Under the pieces are notes generated by a model. The model searched no databases, was not told where the DNA came from, and saw only the letters and a list, made by a program, of their open reading frames with translations. A stretch of 35,381 bases of DNA from Tubiluchus corallicola (lineage: Eukaryota > Animalia > Priapulida), in the NCBI GenBank assembly GCA_030141605.1, contig JAQGDQ010001543.1, positions 1 through 35,381 on the forward strand. Direction: 5' to 3'. This document shows positions 25,187 to 35,381 of this stretch, piece after piece (the first letter of the stretch is position 1; every line of letters begins with the position of its first letter). The translations under genes and the position numbers were made by a program.

Positions 25187-25339
25187 GCGAATTGGCTTCA
25201 CTAATGTGTAAAGATGCGACTGGTGGATGAAGCGGCCCCTGGGAGAGAAACTTATTATCACAGACGGCTGTTCAAAGGTTTCCTATCATTTTCAAAAAGA
25301 ACGAATAATTATTTTCTTCTGTGGTAAAAGATGTTTCAC

Positions 25340-25462
25340 TGTATGTGCGTGTACGTGTGCGTGCGTTCATTCAAGTGTGTGTGTGTGTGCGTGTGCGTGT
25401 GCGTGTACGTGCATTCATGCAAGTGTGTACGTATTCATGCAAGTGTGTGCGTGTGCGTGGTA

Positions 25463-25493
<31 letters not shown>

Positions 25494-25515
25494 CGTGTGT
25501 GCGTGCGTGCGTGTG
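25340..25515. repeat. (GT)n/(GCGT)n microsatellite
   Basis: Direct. Confidence 0.95.
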
Positions 25516-25945
<430 letters not shown>

Positions 25946-26761
25946 TGTCGTTGTTTATCGTTATCATCCTTATCTTTATCGTCATTGTCGTCATCATCAC
26001 CATTATCATAAATTTGGGAAATTCGGAAAAACTCAGCAGGATGAATGATCACTCACATTAATCAATTTGCAAAATTTGTCGTCCATTTCCTAATGGGCGA
26101 TTAAATTTATAACCACGCGCACTGCGCATGCGTGAAAACTCTTGTGCTTTGCTTTACAACAACAATTTCCACGTTTCATAAAGCTCTTAGCAGGCGCTTT
26201 TCATAAATTTTTGATTGCCGCGATAATCACCCCAGTGGAATGACTCGTTGCATTCGGTTCGGTTGAGTTTTATTACCAAGTAAACACGAGCCATTAAGTT
26301 CCGTAAACAAGGGTTTTATTACGCTGCTATTTACGGTATCAAGCAGTGCAGTTTTTAACTGGATCCACCTCGCGCAGAGAGCGCCATGTTATCTTGGGAG
26401 TGGCACTCCCGGGATCCCGACACCACTGCCTTGCTGCGAGCAATCCTATTAGAATATTTTGACCAACTGTATACAGTCCTAGAAATAATGTCAGTGACCA
26501 TCACAGTCAAATTTTGAAGTGACCAAATCTATCAAAATTATTAACCAATCAAATTGTTCAGGTTCGTTTTATCTTCGAATTAGGCTTCTCTCTTTCTGGG
26601 TCACTCTGCCTCCGCAAGCCTCATTATCATGCTGTGCAATGGACCACCTCATTACCGATGGTTAGCCGGCATAAATGACCTTATATAAAGTCACTAACAA
26701 GCCACTGTCCCAACGGGATTTTCCCAGCTTAACGGTGCCTGGTAGTTTGCTTTATCGAGAT

Positions 26762-28257
26762 TCAGCAAGCTGTCTTAGAGCAACATGGCAAATCTTTGGA
26801 CATTCGACAGTAATTGAAGAACACTCAGTAAGCTGTCTTACAGCAACGTGGCAAATCTTTCAACATTCGACAGTAAAGGAAGAACACTCAGTAAGCTGTT
26901 TTACAGCAACGTGGCAAATCTTTGAACATTCGACAGTAATTGAAGAACACTCAGTAAGCTGTCTTACAGCAACGTGGCAAATCTTTCAACATTCGACAGT
27001 AAAGGAAGAACACTCAGTAAGCTGTTTTACAGCAACGTGGCAAATCTTTGAACATTCGACAGTAATTGAAGAACACTCAGTAAGCTGTCTTATGGCAGCG
27101 TGGCAAATTTTTGAACATTCGACATTAAAGGAAGAACACTCAGCAAGCTGTCTTACAGCAACGTGGCAAATCCTTGAACATTCGACAGTAAAGGAAGAAC
27201 GCTCAGTAAGCTGTCTTACAGCAACGTGGCAAATCCTTGAACATTCGACAGTAAAGGAAGAACACTCAGTGAACTGTGTTACAGCAACGTGGAAAATCTT
27301 TGAACATTGGACCGTAAAAGAAGAACACTCAGTCTTCCAGCAACGTGGCAAATCTTTGAACATTCGACAGTAAAAGAAGAACACTCAGTAAACTGTGTTA
27401 CAGCAACGTGGCAAATCCTTGAACATTCGACAGTAAAGGAAGAACACTCAGTAAGCTGTCTTCCAGCAACGTGGCATATCTTTGAACATTCGACAGTGAA
27501 AGAAGAACACTTAGTAAGCTGTCTTACAGCAACATGGCGTATCTTTCAACATTCGACAGTAAAGGAAGAACACTCAGTAAGCTGTTTTACAGCAACCTGG
27601 CAAATCTTTGAACATTCGACAGTAATTGAAGAACACTCAGTAAGCTGTCTTATGGCAACGTGGCAAATTTTTGAACATTCGACATTAAAGGAAGAACGCT
27701 CAGTAAGCTGTTTTACAGCAACGTGGCAAATCTTTCAACATTCGACAGTAAAGGAAGAACACTCAGCAAGCTGTCTTACAGCAACGTGGCAAATCTTTGA
27801 ACATTCGACAGTAAAGGAAGAACGCTCAGTAAGCTGTCTTACAGCAACGTGGCAAATCCTTGAACATTCGACAGTAAAGGAAGAACACTCAGTGAACTGT
27901 ATTACAGCAACGTGGAAAATCTTTGAACATTGGACAGTAAAAGAAGAACACTCAGTCTTCCAGCAACGTGGCAAATCTTTGAACATTCGACAGTAAAAGA
28001 AGAACACTCAGTAAACTGTGTTACAGCAACGTGGCAAATCCTTGAACATTCGACAGTAAAAGAAGAACACTCAGTAAGCTGTCTTCCAGCAACGTGGCAT
28101 ATCTTTGAACATTCGACAGTGAAGGAAGAACACTTAGTAAGCTGTCTTATGGCAACGTGGCATATCTTTAGACATTCGACAGCAAAGGAAGAACACTCAG
28201 TAAGCTGTCTTACAGCAACGTGGAAAATCTTTGAACATTGGACAGTGAAGGAAGAAT
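26762..28257. repeat. 63-bp tandem array (about 24 units) with a higher-order 623-bp duplication
   Basis: Unit CAGTAAGCTGTCTTACAGCAACGTGGCAAATCTTTGAACATTCGACAGTAAAGGAAGAACACT. An identical 7-bp-deleted unit (CTCAGTCTTCCAGC) occurs at about 27328 and 27951. Confidence 0.97.
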
Positions 28258-28430
28258 GCAACACACTGACAGTCTTGCTCTTTTGGTTAGTACTAAGGCA
28301 ATATGGGAGATCTTTGCATACTAACTTACATTCATTCTAGCGATATGCAGTATATTTAATGTCATGCCAGCACGGTTGGAAGAGTATGCTTCACATGAAT
28401 GTCTCCTGAACGTCCCGGTTCGATACTCAC

Positions 28431-28527
28431 TTTTGGAAGTTTTATTCACCACGATGATGTCTTCCTCATAGAAGGACGTGTTCATATCCAAATGTTCCAG
28501 TCGTGCCATAAACATCGTGTTCAGCAT
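28431..28527 (-). CDS. Probable first coding exon (extracellular N-terminus) of the GPCR; exon boundary likely 28543
   Basis: MLNTMFMARLEHLDMNTSFYEEDIIVVNKTSK carries two N-x-S/T sequons. Acceptor TTTCTTACACATCTAG| at 28544. Donor A|GTGAGT at 28430 is phase 1, which joins in frame to the 18099 exon (…TSK-K-SIMEAIEE). Confidence 0.55.
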
Positions 28528-29104
28528 GCTTTCCCATTGAATGCTAGATGTGTAAGAAAATGCTAGTGTTTGCTTGAAAGAACTTACAGATCAATCTCAT
28601 CAGGCCGTCCTAGACATTCCTTGAAATTCCCAGGGAAAACTGGGATATTTAGAGACATATGACCATGCTCAATAACTGGGTTCTTTACTGCATACTTATT
28701 TTCACTAATGGCGTTCTATCATTTTCCATTCTGCAAGAACTAAAATGTCGCCTCATTAATGTATCATATTCTCCTGTGCAAATGCAATATGACACATCTT
28801 TGAATATTCAACATTTGGCTCGGATGCAGCGCACAAGGATAAATGGAAATTTGCAATCTCAGCGGATCTGAGATAGCAACTTCCGTCTCTGATTTACATA
28901 GAAAATTGTCTACTGTTCCAAGGAGCCTTGGGCGTTTGAATGCATCAGATAAGAAGAATATATGCTGATGCAACAACAGTTTCTTTTCTCATCCCTTGCA
29001 AGATTGAGGTGCAGAGGCTTGATTGTCTGGTACGTTAATTGACCTGTGTAGAAAGTACTGTTTAACAGCTCAAAGTATTTCACGATAAACGTTGTGCAAA
29101 ATAG

Positions 29105-29885
29105 GCGCGAACAGTGGCGCGAAATCAGTGTGAACATGTAGCGTAAATGATGTGTGAACGGTTTTAAGAAATGTATGTAGGCAGTGATTTGAAATGTATG
29201 TGTAACAAGAGGCAGGAAATACGCGTGAAAATTGGCATCAAATATGTGTGAACAATGATTCGGAGTATGTGTGAACAGTGGTATGGAATACGTGTGAACC
29301 GGAATACGTGCGAGAAATATGCGTGAACATTGGCGTGAAATCCTTATGAACAGCGATGTCAAACGTATGTGAACTGAGGCGTGAAATACGTGTGAACAGT
29401 GATGTAAAATACTTGTGAATAATGGCGAGAAATATGTATGAACAGTGGCGAGAAATATGAAAACAGTGGCGTAACAAGATGTTTGAACAATGGCTTGAAA
29501 TATATGTGAACAAGGGCGTGAAATGTCCGTAAACAGTGGCATGAAATCTGTGTGAACAATGGCGTGAAATCCGTGTGAACAATGACATGAAATCTGTGTG
29601 AACAATGACATGAAATCTGTGTGAACAATGGCATGAAATCTGTGTGAACAATGGCATGAAATCTGTTTGAACAATGGCATGAAATCTGTGTGAACATGAT
29701 GCGAAGTATGTGTGCAAACGCAATGTTGGCGCGAATTGTGTGATCACCTATACATGTATGGAATACGTGTGAACATACGGTGCAAAACATAAAAATGGCG
29801 CGAAGTGTGTGTGTGTGTGTGCGTGTGCGTGTGCGTGTGCGTGTGTGTGTGAACAGTAGTATGAGATATGTGTGAACAATGGTAT
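29105..29885. repeat. 23-bp minisatellite (AATGGCATGAAATCTGTGTGAAC)
   Basis: Homogeneous at 29540-29695 and degenerate toward the flanks; explains the HTDFMPLF ORFs. Confidence 0.93.
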
Positions 29886-31119
29886 TGTGAACTAGGTTTC
29901 AGCTCAGATTTGAACAGTTGCCTTTGGGTGTAGAAATATCGAACCGTCTCAAATCCCCTGCCAACACTTTATTAAAGCCAGAAACATATGGGATATTATT
30001 CAATCGGTTATGCAGCTAAAATGCAGTGTTTCCCCGTTCAAAAAACATTATCTTTGCCTGACCTTGCATAGATTGCTACAAGCCGTAGCTCTGCTGGCGC
30101 CTCGACCAGGTTCCTCAACCCACTACCAGCCAGTTACCTCAACCCATCACTTTACGAACATCACGGCAACGTATGCTATTGTAATAGTTTATGCTCTAAT
30201 AGTAACAGTAATACCATACTGTAATAGTAATAGTGATACTTTTTGTAACAGTAATAGTGATAGTTTTTGTAACAGTAACAGTTTTAACATGTCTTAGCAT
30301 CTACCTAGAACCTTACGTAGTTCATTTCTTCTTGATCCTGCTGGTAAATCACTCTGCACACAGACTAATGCATAACTAAGTAACTTCCACGTAAAACAAT
30401 TGAAGTTACTGAACTGATGCGGCAAAAGGCTTTGGTTTTGCCAGACATCATGTGGTTAAGGTGCGTTGTTGTGGTACACTTACTTTTGACCTACAGCAAC
30501 TGCGCGTGCGCACAACGAAACTATGAAAAGGCTTATTGCGTTAGAACAGCTGCAATAGCATATTAGTTAGAAGAGTTTTGGACCTGTATTCAATGGGACG
30601 TGTTTTTCTTACTGCAGTCACGTAACTCGAACGGCTTCTAGCTTTGCTTAGGGCAGTTTATATAAAAGAATTAATGCTAAATGCGTTCGTTTGAGAATTA
30701 TATCCTAAACTGTTAATTAAAAAGTAGTGCTCATTTTAAATACAATGGCACTTCTTTGAATTCAATACAGCCTTATGGCTCTGGGTAATAAACTGTGAAA
30801 TTTTATAACAAATAACTATTGTGCTCAAAGGCGCCAAGTTAAAATGCCTTCGGCATGGATTAGCCACTATACTACGTTGTTAAGCCGCTCAAATCGGTTT
30901 ACATCCACCATTACGGCGCTATCTGCGAACACGGAACATTCGTCTTCTTTATAATCGTTGTAAAATTTGCTCGCCGTACAAAACAATGCGAAAATCTAAA
31001 AACAGCAAACTGCTTCTCGAATTTTATGACGCAGAAGCATTTATCTGAATTGGCCTGCTGAGCGAATATAATCCTTTAAGCAGCAGCGCCAGTTGGCTTG
31101 TTGTAAAATTAATGCCGCA

Positions 31120-31810
31120 AACTGATATGGCGTACACCAAGGAGCAATATTGAGTCCATTCCTATTTTATAAGTTACAAGCATTGGCAAAATTTGCTGTT
31201 TACATTCAGTATTTATGAGGGCAATGCACATTGTTGTTCCTATTGTTAGCACATGTGTAAAAATCAAATGTTTAGCATTAATTATAAAGTGAATTATGCT
31301 AGCTGGCATCGTGTTCATGAAGGTGCATTCCTGGGTCCGTTCTTATTCAAATAAGTTACAAACTTTGGCAAGATTTACAATTTACTTTCAATATTGACGA
31401 GGGCAATGCACGCCGTTGTCGTTCTGACTGTTTACAGATATCTGAAGATTAAATGTTTCGTGTTAGTTATAAAATGAGTAGTCCAAGCTGGAAGCTGTAT
31501 AACAAGGAGCAATACTGGGTCCCTTCTTATTCTGATTAGTTATACACATTGGCAAGATTTACAGTTTACTTTCAATATTAACGACGGCAATGCTTATTGT
31601 TCGTTCTGGTTACTTATATATTAAATGTTTCGCGTTAGCTTTAAAATTAGTAGTCCAAGCTAGATGTTGTATGATAAGGAGCAATACTGGGGCCTTCTTG
31701 TTCTAATAAGCTATAAAATTCGTAACATTTATAGTTTAATTTTGTTATATTCAAGGGTAATTAGACGCAATTTCTAAAGTCATGTAAAAAATTTTGTTTG
31801 GGATTATTTA
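31120..31810 (+). repeat. ~172-184 bp tandem array (about 4 units) derived from a LINE RT fragment
   Basis: Units translate GVHQGAILSPFLF, RVHEGAFLGPFLF, AV*QGAILGPFLF and VV**GAILGP at about 31129, 31310, 31494 and 31666. Confidence 0.75.
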
Positions 31811-32423
31811 ACACCGCATAAAGCATTCTTTGTTATATGTACATTTGAGAACTAAATGTGAAATCATCAGTGCCATCTTGACTGTGTCAATCATAAATTG
31901 ACAAATTGAATAGAATTTGGGCAAGCATTACTGGAATTGATTCACGCCAGGCAGTCAATGTAATAGCTGCTCAAGATGTGCTTCCTCTAGATGAAAATTT
32001 TCATTTTCTGTAAAACTGTCATCAGCTAACTCACTGATTGCAGTTCTGTTTGCTTCATCTCTCTTTAGGCAGCCTGGTGCCCACCAACTTACACAGTTAT
32101 TCAGTGAAGAGACTAATTAATTAATAACTAAGTGTGCTTCGCAACTGGAATTAAGCAACACTGAATCAGATCAGCAAATGGATTGATGATCAATAGGAAA
32201 ACATTTTTAATTGCCTTACTGCTTCCCACTCTTCCATCATTGAGCGAGTAGAGATTGACACCAGTAGCTAAGGCCCCTCTACTGATCCATCGTGCCCCGT
32301 CTTAGAAGACTGTCTTTGATAATTGAATAGATTCGTGTCCCAGCACAGCATTGAGGAAGCCATGCCGTTATTATAGGGTACCATTTGCAGCATCAAATTG
32401 TAGATTCCGCAAAGTAAAATCGT

Positions 32424-33010
32424 TTAAAGGAAAACCTGACCAAATCTTAAGCTACACATCAAAATAATCTACCCTGAAAGAATTGTTACCACAGAAATGT
32501 AATTTTGCGTTTACATGGCTAGTTCTTTGCTGTTCGGTGCATTTTGTCAGTCGTTAGTTAGATGGGCGCCAGTGCCTTCATGTCATAAACATGTTGCACA
32601 AAAGCCTGTGCTGTACATCTGTATCTCAGCATCTCTGTATCTCAGTTCAGAAGTGTTAAGTTGTGACATAATGTACACCTTTGAGAACTCATGTGCAAGT
32701 TAAATTGAAATATGAATTTTAAGCTTAAAATTTACCTATATATACACTGAATATAGCACAGTAGATCAATTTTCGCTTTTGCAAACATGAGCAACGCGCT
32801 CGTGGACTGTTTGTGCTGTTTGAAATTATGTTCAGTTGTGATGCCGTCACTAGTTGGGTTCGTTTGCCATTACTTAAGTTTTTAATCTGTTATTTAATTG
32901 TCCGAAACGCTTTGGCATTATTATAGGTCTTTAAATGTTTAGTCTTTACAGTAGTATTATACTAGAATAGTAAAATAGGGTAGAATTATACTAGAATGTA
33001 AAAAATCCAT
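32424..33010 (-). mobile_element. Family B, diverged near-full-length inverted copy
   Basis: Starts TTAAAGGAAAACCTGACCAAATCTTAA (reverse complement of the B right end). Contains ATCTCAGTTCAG, TTTTCGCTTTTGCAAACA and GCAACGCGCTCG. Confidence 0.7.
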
Positions 33011-33514
33011 TGATTAGGGATAAACCATGTTTAAACTAAGTGTCTGAAGTATCTTGGCAGAAAACACAAAAAAAGGTCCATGAGATAGGTAAGCAGTAAC
33101 TTAAAGACTGAATACTGTGACACACTTAAATAGCAATGTCTGTAACTGAACTTCTGATTATGAAAAACTAAATTGTACTCTGACTAAATAACCTCTGATT
33201 ATGAAAAAATTAGTTGTACATAATACTGATGAATTATCTTTTGCTTTTTCTATTCACCTTAGTATCTTTCGTGACATCTAGATAGGTGATATATCATATA
33301 TCATAAAATTTAATGTCCCATCGGGTAGTGGCTACACACGATGGCTGGTTAATGTTTAATTATTAGACATCAGATAATTAAACACTCGCTGAAGCCATGC
33401 AGAGCTTTGATTAAACAAGAAATTTGTTAATGAAGGGGGATTGATTATTGATTATTACTGATTAGTATTGAACTAAGATTACGTTCGAGCAAAATGTTGC
33501 AACTGCAAAATCCA

Positions 33515-33990
33515 GCAGCAACATCAACAACAACAAGAGCAGTGGTTATAGCAGAGATTATGGCAATAGGCTGCAACACGTCACCAGAACAGTAGAAGTA
33601 ATAGCAACATAAGTCAAAACCACATACCAACACAGCAGCAACAACAACAATGACGACAACGACGACGACGACGACGGCAACAACAACAACAACAGTGGTA
33701 ATAGCAGAGGTTGTGGCAATCGGGTGTAACACGTCACCAGAACAGTAGAAGTGATAGCAACATAAGTCAACACCACATACCAACACAGCAGCAACAATAG
33801 CAACAACAACAATGACGACGACAACGACAACAACAACAGCAGCAACAGCAACAACAACAACAACAACAAGAGCAGCAACAACAGCAAAAACAACAACAAA
33901 AGCTGCAGCAACAGTAGCAGCAAAAACAACAACAATGACAATGACAGCAACAGCAACATCGACAGCGACAAAAGCAACAACAGTAACAGG
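33515..33990. repeat. (CAA/CAG/CGA)n tract with a 153-bp duplication
   Basis: AACACGTCACCAGAACAGTAGAAGTRATAGCAACATAAGTCAA at about 33575 and 33728. Confidence 0.9.
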
Positions 33991-34241
33991 TCATTGAAAT
34001 TTTATTGAGCCTCGAAAATCTCTTGTAAAAATATTATTGAAAAACAGGTTGAGGAAGAAGGCGCAACAGTAAGCTAAAGGGGTTGCTAAAAATTACCTGT
34101 GCACCCTTAAGATCCACCCCAAAAACATTAATTTTTTGTTCTCAAAAGTGCAAAAACTTAAGTCTTTTTTAAGTCTTCTAGAATCAGGGAGTTGCTCTGC
34201 AATCTTTTAGCTGGTAGGTGTGGTCCGCCCTTCACTTAACA

Positions 34242-34460
34242 TAAACCTGGATCAGCCCTATGCTCTGCAGCTTCTGCTCCATGCTGATCTTATACCTATA
34301 TCAGCCCCGTGTTCTGCCACTTGGTTCTCTTAAACCTGGATCAGCCCTGTACTCTACCCCTGCTTTGTCTAAAACTTGGAACAGTCCTGTACTTGACCCT
34401 TTCCTTCTGCTAAACCAAGATCAGCCCTGTACTATGCGCTTTGCTCTCCTAAACCAAATT
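34242..34460. repeat. ~40 bp degenerate tandem repeat
   Basis: TAAACCTGGATCAGCCCTRT recurs about 5 times. Confidence 0.8.
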
Positions 34461-34699
34461 CAAATCTATGTTTCAATGTGTTTTAATACTAAAAACACCC
34501 GGGACGATACCTAGCTTTGCCTATGTACAAATCCACCTTAGCACAATAACTGCCTTTTTCGTATTTGGTGCTATACTCAAAAGCATTACCTAGTGATCAT
34601 TTCAGCGGCAACTGATAACCGGGTTGTTGTTTACTTTTTAATCTGAGTTCAAAATGTCTGAATGATCGGGGAGTTTCCGGCAATAGCCAGTTTATGTAT

Positions 34700-35162
34700 A
34701 TTGCTGGAAAGAGTGGCACTCTGTGCTGGAGTATATTTTTGTAATTTTACTTACACGCTGGAGAGTAAGTATACAATGCGCTGAGAGTAGTACACTTTTA
34801 ACTTTTCTGTGCACTATAGTTGATGCTGGAGAGTGAGTACTTTGTAAATTTTTTGTCGTTAATGTGCTGGAGAGTAAGTACTTTTTGTACTTTATTGTTA
34901 ATGCGCTGGAGAGTAAGTACTTTTGTACTTTATAGTTGATGTGCTGGAGAGTAAGTACTTTTTGTACTTTATAGTTGATGTGCTGGAGAGTAAGTACTTT
35001 TGTACTTTATAGTTGATGTGCTGGAGAGTAAGTACTTTTGTACTTTATTGTTAATGTGCTGGAGAGTAAGTACTTTTGCACTTTATCGTTAATGCACTGG
35101 AGAGTAAGTACTTTTGTACTTTATCATTAATGCACTGGAGAGTAAGTACCTTTGTACTTTAC
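34700..35162. repeat. ~38-39 bp minisatellite (GCTGGAGAGTAAGTACTTTTTGTACTTTATAGTTGATGT)
   Basis: Direct, about 11-12 units. Confidence 0.95.
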
Positions 35163-35381
35163 TTGTCCTCATTACACATCGTGTGTCAATCGTAGTAATG
35201 AACAGACTTCAATGCCTTTGAACATTGTGCATTTATTTGTACTTTGAACCATTTTAAGCTTTCAGTTGAAGCTTCTGCACTGATTTTGTTGTTTAAGCAT
35301 CAATGTATATCTTAACATGAGCTATTGTACAGGGTGGTACATAACATTTTGCTGGAGGGAGGCAAAAACAACGACGAATAG

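Noticed and set aside
26116-26133. NRF1-like TGCGCATGCG motif as a promoter
   Set aside because: Single short motif, common in invertebrate repeats, with no supporting start-site evidence.
28321-28430. Extension of the upstream exon to the second donor AAT|GTAAGT near 28329
   Set aside because: It is phase 0 and would be out of frame with the TM1 exon; the 28430 donor fits better.

Overview
AT-rich, repeat-dense eukaryotic DNA, most likely from an invertebrate animal; there are no operons, CRISPR arrays, rRNA or tRNA genes. Almost all ORFs in the track are micro/minisatellite artefacts. The only supportable host gene is a minus-strand class A (rhodopsin-like) GPCR. It has a TM1/ICL1 exon at 17886-18099 and a probable upstream N-terminal exon at 28431-28543 that splices to it in frame. 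I could not find TM2-TM7 exons in the window. The rest is intron or intergenic sequence containing: a 5'-truncated CR1/L2-group LINE interrupted at a TTAA by a piggyBac-type MITE; a pogo/Tigger-type MITE; two dispersed TTAA-AG(G)-terminated (Kolobok/T2-like) families; several non-LTR RT remnants; and many tandem arrays. The most unusual observations are a diverged 117-bp tandem duplicate of the GPCR TM1 segment directly behind the splice donor, a ~180-bp tandem array built from a LINE RT motif, a foldback element around a minisatellite, and a tight convergent pair of CTCF-like motifs. I cannot support a claim of a wholly new biological system. All alignments were done by eye.
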